A DNA stretch of 62,953 nucleotides, filler included, from Octopus bimaculoides (lineage: Eukaryota), in NCBI RefSeq assembly GCF_001194135.2. It is 6 parts of 6 records of this genome, joined end to end, with 100 filler letters (N's around TTAATTAATTAA, not from the genome) between each part and the next. Parts side by side here need not be neighbours in the genome. Positions count along the whole stretch, not along the records: positions 1 to 19,931 come from NC_069006.1; positions 20,032 to 36,060 come from NC_068999.1; 4 more parts are not named here. One strand, 5' to 3'. Numbering within the stretch: the first letter of the stretch is position 1; every line of letters starts with the position of its first letter. This document shows, piece after piece, positions 12,011 through 24,268 of the stretch. The translations under genes were made by a program, and so were the position numbers. Below the pieces are notes generated by a model. That model made no database searches, was not told the DNA's origin, and saw nothing but the letters and a program-made list of their open reading frames with translations.

Positions 12011-12649
12011 ACACTCATACAAGCAGACACACACACACACACATTAATGTTTGTTTTCAAAAGGAAAACAATTTTACATTAATCTGAAGGATACTCCATA
12101 CTTTCATAGAGTACAAATGAATTCCTTAACAAGATTAGTATTGACTGTGACTTGGAAGTTTCGACCGCCTTAGCCATCTTTGGACTGTCTGATGTATAAT
12201 GTGTGTGTGTACACACATGCTACATCAGGTTAAACTCTTCACTCCCTTCTGGAGCAAGGGCCATCAAAGACTTTTCTTTACCGTTCTTAACAGTGAGCTC
12301 TCTTTTCTGCTTCCCTCCATTTGGACCCCTGCTTCTTCAGCTCTACCTCATTATCCCATCTCATATGTTTCCCTGGGGAAAGGCCTTCTATGTCTTGTTG
12401 GTTTTGGAATTGTCATTGAGGTTTCAGTACCTTTTATTTTTTCCTAGGTAGGGATGTTGATCCTTCACAAACCCATTTTGATCTCTGGGAAGAGGAGGTG
12501 ATCCATATTAGTTTGATCCCTGTCCAGCATGGGAAGCTCTACCAGGATCTTGCACTCTGCAGGAATTGCTCTCAGGGTAATTGAGACATACAAGCCATCA
12601 TACCCCTGAAAAGGACTACCTTGTGGCAGCTACATGTGTGATGTGTTGG

Positions 12650-12860
12650 TGTAGCTCAGGAAACATGGCTAGAATATAATAAGATAACAGCGTAACATCA
12701 TTAGTAGGAAAGGTTAAGGAAAGTAAAGGAGGAAGAAGGCACCTGGCCTGAACTGCTGTAATGAACTGGATGAATGGAAATACATTTACTGCTTCCAGGT
12801 GTTTCCGGCACCAACAGCAGCCATCCTCAACAAAGGAACAAATCAAAAAATAAGGATTAA
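12650..12860 (+). mobile_element. RTE-like LINE 3' coding remnant
   Basis: Translation HMARIYKDNSVTSLVGKVKESKGGRRHLA*TAVMNW resembles the RTE C-terminal GHV.R..GKV.GKR.RGRP..W motif. Highly decayed. Confidence 0.45.
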
Positions 12861-12987
12861 GAATGTCTGGTGAAGAATCCTTGATTTGAAACCACTAATG
12901 AGATAAGCCATAATACCCAGCAACAAAGCTCTCTACAGGTCACACACCACTTATAGGGTAAACTCTCTCTCTCTGTATGTATGTATG

Positions 12988-13028
<41 letters not shown>

Positions 13029-13161
13029 ACAAATTAAAAGGGTAAAGGATTATCAATTTATTAATTAATAAATCAATTAATAATTTTTACCAAGCCCATC
13101 GGTATGAAAGCACCATTATTGGTGGAGAACTTATTTAAAAGCTCATATATATTTATAAACG

Positions 13162-13325
13162 TAAGGGATCAGCAAATATTTGCTTCACCATATACCGAAG
13201 TTCAGAAATAGCAGCTAAAAAAGCTGAGAATCCCACAAGTGATGCTATCTGTGGGCTTCTCAGCTTTTTTAGCTGCTATTTCTGAACTTCGGTATATGGT
13301 GAAGCAAATATTTGCTGATCCCTTA
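13162..13325. repeat. Near-perfect inverted repeat: 76-bp arms, 12-nt loop, 1 mismatch
   Basis: 13162-13237 is the reverse complement of 13250-13325 except GAGAATCCC versus GAGAAGCCC. Loop is AGTGATGCTATC. Confidence 0.97.
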
Positions 13326-13336
13326 ATTATGTTTAT

Positions 13337-13770
13337 ATATATATATGGTGGTTGTCTGCTCCTTATGCAGAGTTTGACCGCCTCCTGTACCTACACTTTA
13401 GAACTATCATGGTATCTGATGTAGCTTTTTAAACCAGACAATGAACTGAAAAGACACCCACATAGATTGCATATTTGATTTGGATCACCAAGAGCTGCAG
13501 TTAAGTTCTGATCTTTGTGGATCTTAGAATGTCTTTTGAGGCCTCCGTTAGATTTTCAAACCTTCTGGCATACACTGCATCCAAAGGTGTGCACAGACAT
13601 ATAGGCAGAATAGTTGATGGAGGTTTGTTTTCCATGAGTTCACAAATGAGATTTGAGGCCAGCAAAGGACAGGCATGGTCTGTCAGCGACTGTGCACACA
13701 AAAAGGTCATTGTGATTCACCTTCTCGATTGTAACATTCTTCCTTAAATCTCTTTTGAGTCTTGCATGCG
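13337..13770 (-). mobile_element. RTE LINE 3' end encoding three C2H2-type zinc fingers (pseudogenised)
   Basis: Minus-strand translation: HARLKRDLRK..FVCTVADRPCLSFAGLKSHL*TH..FGCSVCQKV*KSNGGLKRHSKIH..ICNLCGCLFSSLSGLKSYIRYH..*, then a short 3' UTR running into (TA)n. Confidence 0.75.
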
Positions 13771-13999
13771 TTATCCTGGCCTCTTCAATCTGTCTGTCTG
13801 TCGACTTATCTTCTGTCTACTTATTTATCTACCTATCTATTTTTATATTTACTTCTCTATCCATAAACCTATTATAGAACATTTAACCTCCTCCTATCTC
13901 CTGCACTCTGCTACTTATTATCATATTATACTTTATTTTCTTTCATCTTCCTTGTTTACCTTTCCTAACCACTCCTACAAACAATGTTAACCTGTTATC

Positions 14000-14350
14000 T
14001 TACTAAAATGGGTAAAGAACCCCTTCGGTCATGAATGACCATGGGATTGCACTTGGAAAGTTCGCCTCTGAGGCACAAATCCAAGCAAGGTTGTTTATGG
14101 AAAACCAGCAGTTGCCCCTGCATACCAGCCTCTCCTCTCCATGTACTGATGTTATCCAAGGGAAAGGCAAAGGGGCCAATACAGCTTGGCACCAGTGACG
14201 TCACAACTCATTTCTACTGTTGAGTGAACTGGAGCAACATGAAATAGAGTCTTGTTTAAGAACACATCATACAGTCTGGTTTGAGAATTGAACTCACTAC
14301 CTCATGTTTCTGTGCTTGATGCTCAAACCACTGAGCCATGCGCCTTCACT
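14000..14350 (-). mobile_element. SINE with family-B head and a second alternative tail
   Basis: GTGAAGGCGCATGGCTCAGTGG head and GAGTTCAATTC B box, then a tail unrelated to the other B copies. Confidence 0.75.
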
Positions 14351-14544
14351 GTTGTCTTCAAAGCAGTGCCCCAGCATGGCCACATTCTAATGACTGGAAC
14401 AAGTAAAAGATAAAAAGATAGATGTCATTAGAAAAAGGCTTGAAATGTTTAATACAAGATTTATAAAGAAAATAAAGGTGGAAAAGCAGTTCTTAGTTGA
14501 AACATTTTGTTTGCTTTAAATATATGAAATAACAAAAGGGTGGT

Positions 14545-14900
14545 GAGCTGGCAGAATCGTTAGCAAGCTGGGCAAAAAGCTTAGCAGTATTTCGTTTGTC
14601 TTTATGTTCTGAGTTCAAATTCTGCCACGGTCGACTTTGCCTTTCATCCCTTTGAAGGCAGTGAGCTGACAGAAAGGTTAGTGCGCTGGGTAAGATGCTT
14701 GGCGGTATTTTGTCTGCTGATACGTTCCGAGTTCAAATTCTGCCGAGGTTGACTTTGCCTTTCATCCTTTTGGGGGTCGATAAATTAAGTGCCAGTGAAA
14801 CACTGGGGTCGATGTAATTGACTTAATTCCTTTGTCTGTCCTTGTTTGTTCCCTCTATGTTTAGCCCCCCTCCCTGTGGGTAGTAAATAAATAAATATAT
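14545..14900 (+). mobile_element. Two tandem family C SINE units
   Basis: Two GAGCTG(G/A)CAGAA heads, each followed by GAGTTCAAATTCTGCC..GACTTTGCCTTTCATCC. Confidence 0.85.
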
Positions 14901-15828
14901 GAAATAAGAAAACAAATATCTTCATCATCATCATCATTATTTAACATCCATTGTCCATGCTGGCATGAGTTGGACAGTTTGACTGGGCTGGCACACTGGA
15001 AGGCTGCACCAGACTCCAGTCTGATTTGCCATGGTTTTCTACAGCTTGATGCTCTTCCAAACGCCAACCACTCTGAGAGTGTAATAGGTGCTTTTATGTT
15101 CCACTGGCATGGGTGCCATTTGCATGACACTTGGGTACTTTTACATGCCACCAGCACGGGTGCCATTTGCATGACACCAGGGTGTTTTTATGTGCCACAG
15201 GTATTTGCCACAACTGCAATTTTGCTTGGCTTGATGGGTCTTCTTTTCAAGTACGTTTGGACCAAAATATTATGTTTCCTGTTCCAACCAGTTTTCATTC
15301 TTTGAACAATTCCTGCAGAATGAGTTGTTTTTTAAGGAGTTTTCAAAGCTGTTCATCTTTTTGTAGCAGCAAGAAATAGTTGCTTACACAGGTTTGCATA
15401 GAAAACAGTTACACACATACATACAATACCTACACCCATACAAATAACATACGTGTCAAGAGCATACACACACACAAACACACGTCAGGAGCACATGCAT
15501 ACATACATGCAAGACATGTACACACATACACGTACATACCTTCAAGACACACCCAAACACACAGGAGGCATACATCTTTACAACATGTCTGCAAACACAC
15601 ATATCATTCACACACAATGGTATAACATTTCATGAATGAAAAAGTATTGGAGAGAGAGAGAGAGAGCATGTGTGTGTGGGTAAATCAATGTTTGCTATAA
15701 ATACATGTATATTACCAGTTATATACAAAAGTAAAAGATGTGGTTGCCAGATCTCACAAAAATAGCAGCCAAACATCCCTGAATGTACATCCCTAGTGTC
15801 TTGGCTAATGTATTCTTTCATAGCGTGT

Positions 15829-16150
15829 GTGAAGAGGCCAAGGCTTAGTGGTTATGGTATTCAGCTCATGATCGCAGGGTCATGAGTTCAATTCCCAGCA
15901 GTATGTTGTAGCCTTGATCAAAGCACTTTATTTCATATTGCTTCAGTCCATTCATCTAGTAAATGTAAGTTGTACCAGTAATTCAAAGGGCCAGCCTTGT
16001 CATATTTTGTGAGTCACACTGAATGTCCTTGAGAACTACATTAAGGGAATGTGTGTCTGTGGATTACTCAGCCACTTGTGCATTAATTTCATGAGCAGGT
16101 TATTTTGTTGATCGGATCAATGACTCCTTGTCATAATCAACAGAGTGTCA
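15829..16150 (+). mobile_element. SINE family B, degenerate
   Basis: GGCTTAGTGGTTATGGTATTC head, GAGTTCAATTCCC B box, and shared tail. Confidence 0.8.
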
Positions 16151-16430
16151 GGAGGAGGACCTATAAAAAGGCTGGATGGTCATAGCTGGAATGCCTTCAA
16201 TCACAGCCCTGTTTGGTCAGAACTCTCTCTAAACAACTGCCAAAACCAATGTTTTCCTGAATATTTCATTCGTCCCTCTAATGTCATCGCTGTTACCAAT
16301 TATTTCCTGTTTATTTTGATAATTTCAATTTAGCCCATTGGAATGAGAGTATCAGCACTTGAGTATCCAAGACATTTCTAGGAGTATCAGCACTTGAGTG
16401 GAGTGATATCTCAAGGAGGGTTTTCCTACA

Positions 16431-16472
<42 letters not shown>

Positions 16473-16489
16473 AACTCATTCACTTTTTT

Positions 16490-19150
16490 ATACTTGGAAA
16501 TGAATAGCAATGGTCACATGCTTCTGGAGATTTGTGAGGAATACAGGCTTTACATTGCAAGCATTCACTTTATGCACGGAGGTGATCACACAACAATGTG
16601 GATGTACCCAAAGTTTAAAGATTGGCATTTGCTGGATTACGTCATCATTCGCAAGTGTGACATTTCATGGTTTGGAGTGCTGGATGGACCATAGCCTGGT
16701 GCAAGCAAAATTCTGGATGATGATCAGAATGAAAGAAAGAAGAGGGCCAGTTGGCATTCCCTGGCATCTGAATGTCCATAAGATATATGATACTGTGGTG
16801 AGAAAAGAGCTTTAGAATCATTTATCCAGCTTTGAAAATACTACAGTGTCGAATGATTTTTGAGACCAGGTGTTTCAATGTGCTACTGAAACACCAGGAT
16901 ATGTTACTGCCAGACACAGAGACTGATTTGAGGAAAATGATGCTGAAATTCAGCAGCTGCTGGTCTTAAAGTGTCATGCCCGCAGTATATTACTGTACAG
17001 AGGACCTTCAGTTGTGCAGCAAAACCTAGCATTTGCCCACTACTGCAATGTAAAATCACTATTCCAGTGATCTCTCAGGAAGATGCAGAACACTTGGTGG
17101 GAGGATCTTGCTAGTAATGTTCAGGCTACTGCTGATACAAATGGCAGCAAGAAGCTTTACCATTTGATGAAGCAAGTTTATGGGCCTAAGAGCTCTGCAT
17201 CAGCTCCTTTGCTTTCCAAGGAGTCTTCTACTCTGTTTACTAAATCAATAGAGATCACAGGTCATTAGATTGAACACTTTTCTGAACTCTTACACTGTGA
17301 GTCAGTTATTGACAAAGCAGTGATTGACACTATGCAACAAAGACCTGTCATTGGCTCCTTAAATTCCACACCCTCAATAGATGAGGTAATGACATCAATA
17401 AGTAAATTGAATCTTGGAAGGGATGGAATTTGTGCAGAGGATTTGGTGGTGATTACATCATACAGTCCCTTCATGAACTTATTAAGTGTAGTCTGGAGGG
17501 ATGGTGCAATGCCTAAGGACTGGAAAGGTGCAATTATTCTCCCTCTCTATAAAGGAAATTGAACCAGAGTAGAGTGTGGCAACTATAGATGTATTGCTCT
17601 ACTATCAGCTGTTGGCAAGTATTCTTCTTACCCGCCTGAATAGATGTCATGTAAATGGTGTCCTATCTGAATCTCAGTGTGGTTTCTGATCTGAAAGAGG
17701 AATGATGGATTGGATGTGATTTTCGCAGTGAGACGGATGCAGAAAAAGTGCTATGAGCAGAATATGGATCTTGTCCTGGTATTCATTGATTTAACGAAGG
17801 CCTTTGATATTGTGAATAGGGCCACCCTATGGAAAATACTTGGCAAACTTGGATATCCAAATCACTTTGTATCTTTAATCAAATCATTTCATGATGGCAT
17901 GGCGGTTTGGGTCAATGTTGGTGGCATGGTGGGACCCATCCCTGTAGAGAATGGTGTCAAGCAGGGTGACATCCTTACTTCAACTCTCTTTTCTCTGTAT
18001 TTTGCTGCTGCTCTTATGCTTTTGTTGTGGACAGCTCTCCTGGGATATATGTTAGGCATTGATCTTCTGGCCATCTTTTTAACCGGCGTCGATTTGCTGC
18101 CAAATCAAAAGTTTGTCAGTCTATTATTCGTGACCTCCTTTATGCAGATGACTGTGACTTAGTCATTCATACAGCAAACGATATGCTAATACTTATCAAT
18201 CGTATTTCTGCTTCTTGCAAGGCATTTGGACTCAGTATTAGCCTGGATAGGACTGTTGTAATGTTCCAGCCTGCACCAGGAAACCCATATGTGGAACCAG
18301 CTATCTTGGTTGAAGGAACAATACCGAAAGTGGTAGACAAGTTTGTCTACCTGAGCAGCACACTCAGCCATTCTTGCTCCCTGGATAATGAAATATCTTT
18401 CAGGCTGCAGAGAGCAACTGATTCCTTCTGCTCTCTTGAGTCTCGTGTCTGGTCCCAACATGGCATCACAAGGCAAACAAAAATTGCTGTGTACTGTGAA
18501 TGTGTACTGACATTGCTCCTTTACTCATGTGAGACATGGACCCTTTACAAATGCCATGTAAAGGCCCTTGAACACTTCCATCAGAGATGTCTCAGACACA
18601 TTCTTAAAAGCTCCAGATACACAGGTCCTGAGGAAAGCTGATATCCTGAGTATTGAGGCGATGGTGCACAAATACCAGTTTCGTTGGACTGGACACCTTA
18701 TTAGAATGAAAGATAGCAGGATCCCTAAACAGATGCTATATGGGGAACTTGTTAGTGGAAAGCGACCCTGGCAGAAACCAAGGCTGCAATTTAAGGACTG
18801 TGTCAAGTCCTCATTAAAGGCATGTGATATGCAGGAGACCGACTGGGAGAGCAATGCTTGTCATTGCCACAGATGGAGGAAGCAGATTAAGGAGTGGGTG
18901 GGGACGACAGCTTTGAAAGAGCATGTATTCTGCATGAAGAATTTAAGTGTGCTGCTTGAAAATGCACTGCTGAAGGAATGACTGGGGAAAGCATTGTCTG
19001 CAATGCTTGCAGTCATGTATGTTTGTCAAAAGCAGGGCTCGTTAGTCACCAATGGAGCCGCAAGTGTAAAGTATAAGGTAGTCTTGAGCGCACAATGTTC
19101 CTGAAGGTCAGTAATGGTTTTCCTTGGACATAAGTGGATGGCCATGTTAT
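16490..19150 (+). mobile_element. RTE-clade LINE (APE C-terminus, RT, C-terminal C2H2), decayed with stops and frameshifts
   Basis: ORFs give WMYPKFKDWHLLDYVIIR (APE), VFIDLTKAFDIVNR, NGVKQGDIL, LLYADD (shifted frame), FVYLSS, LLYSCETW, RWTGHLIRM..RIPKQMLYGEL, and a terminal C..C..CLSKAGLVSHQ. Confidence 0.95.
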
Positions 19151-19594
19151 ATCCTTTAAGTTTGTTTATGGGAAACATTTGGAATATGCATATAAAAGCT
19201 GCTATTCTATTATGCTGGCTGCCGTCTAATGAGGCCAACTAGCAATAGCAGTTTTTTGGGGTCACACCGAGCTTTGCCGATATAATGTAGGATAAGTATT
19301 ATAATAATAATATATATATCTACTATATATTTGTGAAAAGGGTGGATGTTATTTCACAAGCAGTTGTGCAGGCAAAAGTGTTAGTAAACATGGTCGGATT
19401 GAATTGAAAATTTGCACACTTCTGTTAAAAGTGCTGGTGAGTTTGCTCAATTGAAAGGTGTGGCCTCTAGAGCAAAATTCCTCATCTTTAAAATGTGGCC
19501 TGTAATGGGACTGAACCTGGAACCATCTAGTTGGGAAGCCATGCTTCAATGTATGTATATATAATATACATGTGTACATATATATATATGTATA

Positions 19595-19931
19595 ACCATG
19601 CTACATGGCAGTGAAACATGGGCTGTAACTGCTGAGGACATACGTAAGCTCGCAAGGAATGAAGCCAGTATGCTCCGTTGGATGTGTAATGTCAATGTGA
19701 ATACCCGTCAGAGTGTAAGTATCTTGAGAGAAAAGCTGAACATTAGAAGCATCAGTTGTGGCGTGCAAGAGAGACGATTGCGCTGGTATGGACATGTGGT
19801 GAGAATGGAGGAGGATAGCTGCGTGAAAAAGTGCCACACCCTAACAGTTGAGGGAACCCGTGGAAGAGGTAGGCCCAGGAAGACCTGGGCTGAGGTGGTG
19901 AGGCAAGACCTTCGTACATTGGGCCTCACCG
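19595..19931 (+). mobile_element. Well-preserved RTE LINE 3' coding fragment (a second RTE family)
   Basis: Open frame MLHGSETWAV..RRLRWYGHVVRM..GTRGRGRPRKTW..QDLRTLGL. It starts next to (TA)n and runs into the gap. Confidence 0.95.
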
Positions 19932-20031
19932 NNNNNNNNNNNNNNNNNNNNNNNNNNNNNNNNNNNNNNNNNNNNTTAATTAATTAANNNNNNNNNNNNN
20001 NNNNNNNNNNNNNNNNNNNNNNNNNNNNNNN

Positions 20032-20070
<39 letters not shown>

Positions 20071-20169
20071 GCATGCATATCAAACAGTCGTTTAATGTAA
20101 CATTCTTATATATTTCTATCAGGACATAACTGATATGCTTAAAGCAAGCATAAATACCAAAAAAAAATG

Positions 20170-20790
20170 GACAGAACCGTCTGAGGAAACGCCATTTCTC
20201 TTTGAAAATAGAGTAACTGTCGCCAATCTAACATATATGCGGTATATTTCTTGCAATTATACTCGACTCAACAAAATGCGATGGTCTTGCAAATGTCGCG
20301 TACTCTTTAGTTCATTTCTTATTGAACTATTTTTCTTTATTTCTCTTTATATTATTATTTTTTTCTGAGTTTCTGAGAAAGCTGTTATTTTTTCGATATT
20401 ACTTCCGGATGTAAATATAGCAACTTTCAGCAAAGGTAGTATTACCAATATATTTTTATATATATGACGGTAGATATCCGTCGTTTCGCAATAAGTATTC
20501 AGTTGTTTGATCAACTTACTTACCCGATACTGAAATAATGTGCAAGCGCTTGAAAATTTCATAGATGTGTGTACCTTTAACGTACTTCTCAGATAGAATC
20601 AACTTAACACAATGTAACCACGTGGATATCGTTGGCGATTCTTTCTTCCTCCGTCTTCCCTTCTTTGGACTTTCCTATGTTTCCGACGAAGAGCACGAAA
20701 CGTCAAATTCTCTTTCTTTCCTTTCCCGAGCGTCCAGTAACACAATATCTGTATCACGTCCATGCGTTGTTGTTTTTTGTTGTCTTTTTG
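20170..20790. promoter_or_regulatory. CpG-enriched promoter-like patch with a candidate minus-strand first exon (donor after 20524)
   Basis: ACTTCCGG (ETS-like) at 20401, CGCCATTT (YY1-like) at 20190, and minus-strand CGG|GTAAGT at 20524/20523 closing ATG AAA TTT..CGG (MKFSSACTLFQYR). Confidence 0.4.
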
Positions 20791-21517
20791 TCGTTTTTCT
20801 TTTTTGNNNNNNNNNNNNNNNNNNNNNNNNNNNNNNNNNNNNNNNNNNTATATATATGTTCAGACACACATACAAACAGACACGCACGCACACATAGACA
20901 CATAAACACACGCGCGCACGCACATGTGTCTGTGTATGTGTGTGTGTGTGTGTGTAATCAAGACGTCGCAATGGAAAATGAAGAATTATATATCTTCAAA
21001 ATTTTTTCATTAAAGCATTTTCTACATGTTACATCCCAATGCGTGTTTCTGTTGGATAAGTGTCTTTCATTATTATAATCTAATGCGTTTAGTTGATTTA
21101 CATTAAATTAATTGCAGCACACTTTCAAATCTAAAAATTGACTGTCTTATACAACTTTATTCAAGATGTTTGCCATACAAGTTAGTGAAGCGATCTCGGA
21201 ATTTACCAGTCGAAGGAAATACAGTTTAAAAGTGTTTATCTTAAACGATTGTAAATGTTTCCTATCATTCGATGTTGTTACTAATGCTCGGAAGTTATCT
21301 GCCTGGATTTCAAATTCCTATATATTTTGGGGGTTGTTATGTGCATCGGAATGGATGTTATTAATTCATTCCAATTCTTGAATGTTGTTTTGTTTTCGTA
21401 GTTAACTGCAGCAAGTTTTATGATCTCATAGCTCACTGGTTGAGCCAAGACTCCTTTCAACTCCAGCTTGAAGCTATTCCGCTTCACTTTTCATCCACAC
21501 CACTAATGATCTCCAAG

Positions 21518-21835
21518 TGAAAGCGTATGGCTCCGTGGTTAGCGTATTCGGTTTACAAACGTGAGGTGTGATTTCGATTCCCGGCGGCGCGTTGTGTCTT
21601 TGAGCAAGACATTTTCTTTTCTTGTCGGTTCACTCAGCTGGCAACAATGAGTTGTACCTGTAATTCAAAGGGCTAGCCTTGTCACATTCTGTGTCACGCT
21701 GAATCTCCCTGAGAACTACGTTAGAGGCACGCTTATCTGTGGAGTGCTCAGCTTCTTGCAGTTAATTTCGCGAGCAGGTTGTTCCGTTGATCGGATCAAC
21801 TGGAACACTCGTCGTCGTAACCGAGGGAGTTCCAA
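21518..21835 (+). mobile_element. SINE family B
   Basis: Head, B-box-like GATTTCGATTCCC, and shared tail. Confidence 0.85.
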
Positions 21836-21870
21836 TGATATATATACACAATCTGATTCAGATTATATAT

Positions 21871-21883
21871 ATTCCTATGACGT

Positions 21884-21939
<56 letters not shown>

Positions 21940-21958
21940 TTGATGACGTCATAAGAAT
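21871..21958. repeat. Palindrome: 24-bp arms, each with TGACGTCA, around a (TA)n core
   Basis: ATTCCTATGACGTCAACAATATAT versus the reverse complement of ATATATTGATGACGTCATAAGAAT matches at 22/24. Confidence 0.9.
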
Positions 21959-22781
21959 TTATATAAACTTAATGAGTATGAAATAATTCTTTTTTGGAAC
22001 GTTAGATCTTGAAGTAAGATAAAATATAAATAATAGCATGTAAATATTAGATTAAAAATCCCCTTTACATACAAAAATGAAAGCTACCTGCGAGACGAAC
22101 CCACATCTCCTGTAAACATGACATATGTGCGTGGGTATGTGTCAGCATACATGCATGTATGTAGACTGACAGACAGACATAAAATATCCTTTCTGTCATA
22201 GTCACAAGGCGTGATATTGGTAGGGGAACCAGTCGACAGCTTCTAACCCAGGAATCTCATCTGGTAGTCAATCTCGGCAGAATTTGAACTCAGGGCGTAA
22301 AGATGCATAAAATGCCGCTAAACATTTTTTCTCCAGCGTGCTAACGATTTTGCCGACTCACCACCTTAGACAAACATAAAATATAAAATATATAATCATG
22401 GTAGTGGAAAGACGCGCAAATGTAGAAACAAACGTATACATATATCTTTATTCATGAACATGCATATGTAAGTGTGTGTGTGTGTGTGTGTGTGTGTGCA
22501 TACATATCTACGTATGTGTGTATGTATGTGTTTGTATGTGTATGTATATTCGTGCATACATAAACGTGTGTATTTTCATGCGTAGGAGACACGTTTCAAT
22601 TCCTCATCGTCATGACCTCCAACTTGACTTTCAAGTAAATTATTCATATTCTTCTTCATCACTAACTTCTCTTTTTAAAGACAGACGGCTGGGTGTGATT
22701 ACAGAAATATTTGCCTGCTATTTCTTGCACTTCAACCGACCGCTTGCACTTCATTTCATATAATAATTGATACACATTTAG

Positions 22782-22882
22782 CACGTCCACGACTTCGACA
22801 ACAGCTGCGGCAACATGAAGAGGATAACGAAATGACAAACAGAGAGAGCCATGATTGTTGTGTGCAATTTTCTGCCTCTACA
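22782..22882 (+). CDS. Candidate orphan exon, unknown product
   Basis: CACATTTAG acceptor and ACA|GTAAGA donor. One open frame, RPRLRQQLRQHEEDNEMTNRESHDCCVQFSAST (phase 1 to 0). No homology recognised. Confidence 0.25.
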
Positions 22883-23338
22883 GTAAGATAATTGAACAAT
22901 TAAATCCTACTCAACGACGTTTTTTTTTTTTTGTTTTTCTTCTCTTAAACCATGTCTTAAGTAATTTTGTCTATTTTCTCTGACTGATGCAAACAAACAA
23001 GCAGGGTTGCGTGTTATCTGTCTGTTAACTGGTTTACTTTGGTTCTACTTTTATTTTTATTTTTATTTTATTTTTTTTATTTTTTTTGTCATTGCAGTCT
23101 CTTGTTTCTCTTTTCAGATGTAATATTCTGTGGTTATGTTGTTGGCTCTTGAGCATAGTTAAGTGACAAATGTCCTAATTAGTCCAGGAATAATGAGTAT
23201 TGCATAAAACAATTAATATACGACGCTTGGCAAAAGGAAATTTCTTGAGTCGAGGCAACAGATAGCGCAAACATACATACACATATACACATACACATAT
23301 GCACGCACACATATATATTATATTATATAACATATGTG

Positions 23339-23369
<31 letters not shown>

Positions 23370-23386
23370 ATATATATATGTATATA

Positions 23387-23433
<47 letters not shown>

Positions 23434-24268
23434 NNNNNNNNNNNNNNNNNNNNNNNNNNNNNNNNNNNNNNNNNNNNNNNNNNNNNNNNNNNNNNNNNNN
23501 NNNNNNNNNNNNNNNNNNNNNNNNNNNNNNNNNNNNNNNNNNNNNNNNNNNNNNNNNNNNNNNNNNNNNNNNNNNNNNNNNNNNNNNNNNNNNNNNNNNN
23601 NNNNNNNNNNNNNNNNNNNNNNNNNNNNNNNNNNNNNNNNNNNNNNNNNNNNNNNNNNNNNNNNNNNNNNNNNNNNNNNNNNNNNNNNNNNNNNNNNNNN
23701 NNNNNNNNNNNNNNNNNNNNNNNNNNNNNNNNNNNNNNNNNNNNNNNNNNNNNNNNNNNNNNNNNNNNNNNNNNNNNNNNNNNNNNNNNNNNNNNNNNNN
23801 NNNNNNNNNNNNNNNNNNNNNNNNNNNNNNNNNNNNNNNNNNNNNNNNNNNNNNNNNNNNNNNNNNNNNNNNNNNNNNNNNNNNNNNNNNNNNNNNNNNN
23901 NNNNNNNNNNNNNNNNNNNNNNNNNNNNNNNNNNNNNNNNNNNNNNNNNNNNNNNNNNNNNNNNNNNNNNNNNNNNNNNNNNNNNNNNNNNNNNNNNNNN
24001 NNNNNNNNNNNNNNNNNNNNNNNNNNNNNNNNNNNNNNNNNNNNNNNNNNNNNNNNNNNNNNNNNNNNNNNNNNNNNNNNNNNNNNNNNNNNNNNNNNNN
24101 NNNNNNNNNNNNNNNNNNNNNNNNNNNNNNNNNNNNNNNNNNNNNNNNNNNNNNNNNNNNNNNNNNNNNNNNNNNNNNNNNNNNNNNNNNNNNNNNNNNN
24201 NNNNNNNNNNNNNNNNNNNNNNNNNNNNNNNNNNNNNNNATATATATATATATATATATATACATATA

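Noticed and set aside
19977-19988. TTAATTAATTAA islands inside N runs (also near 36105, 55526, 58454 and 60137)
   Set aside because: The same spacer in the middle of several gaps is assembly padding.
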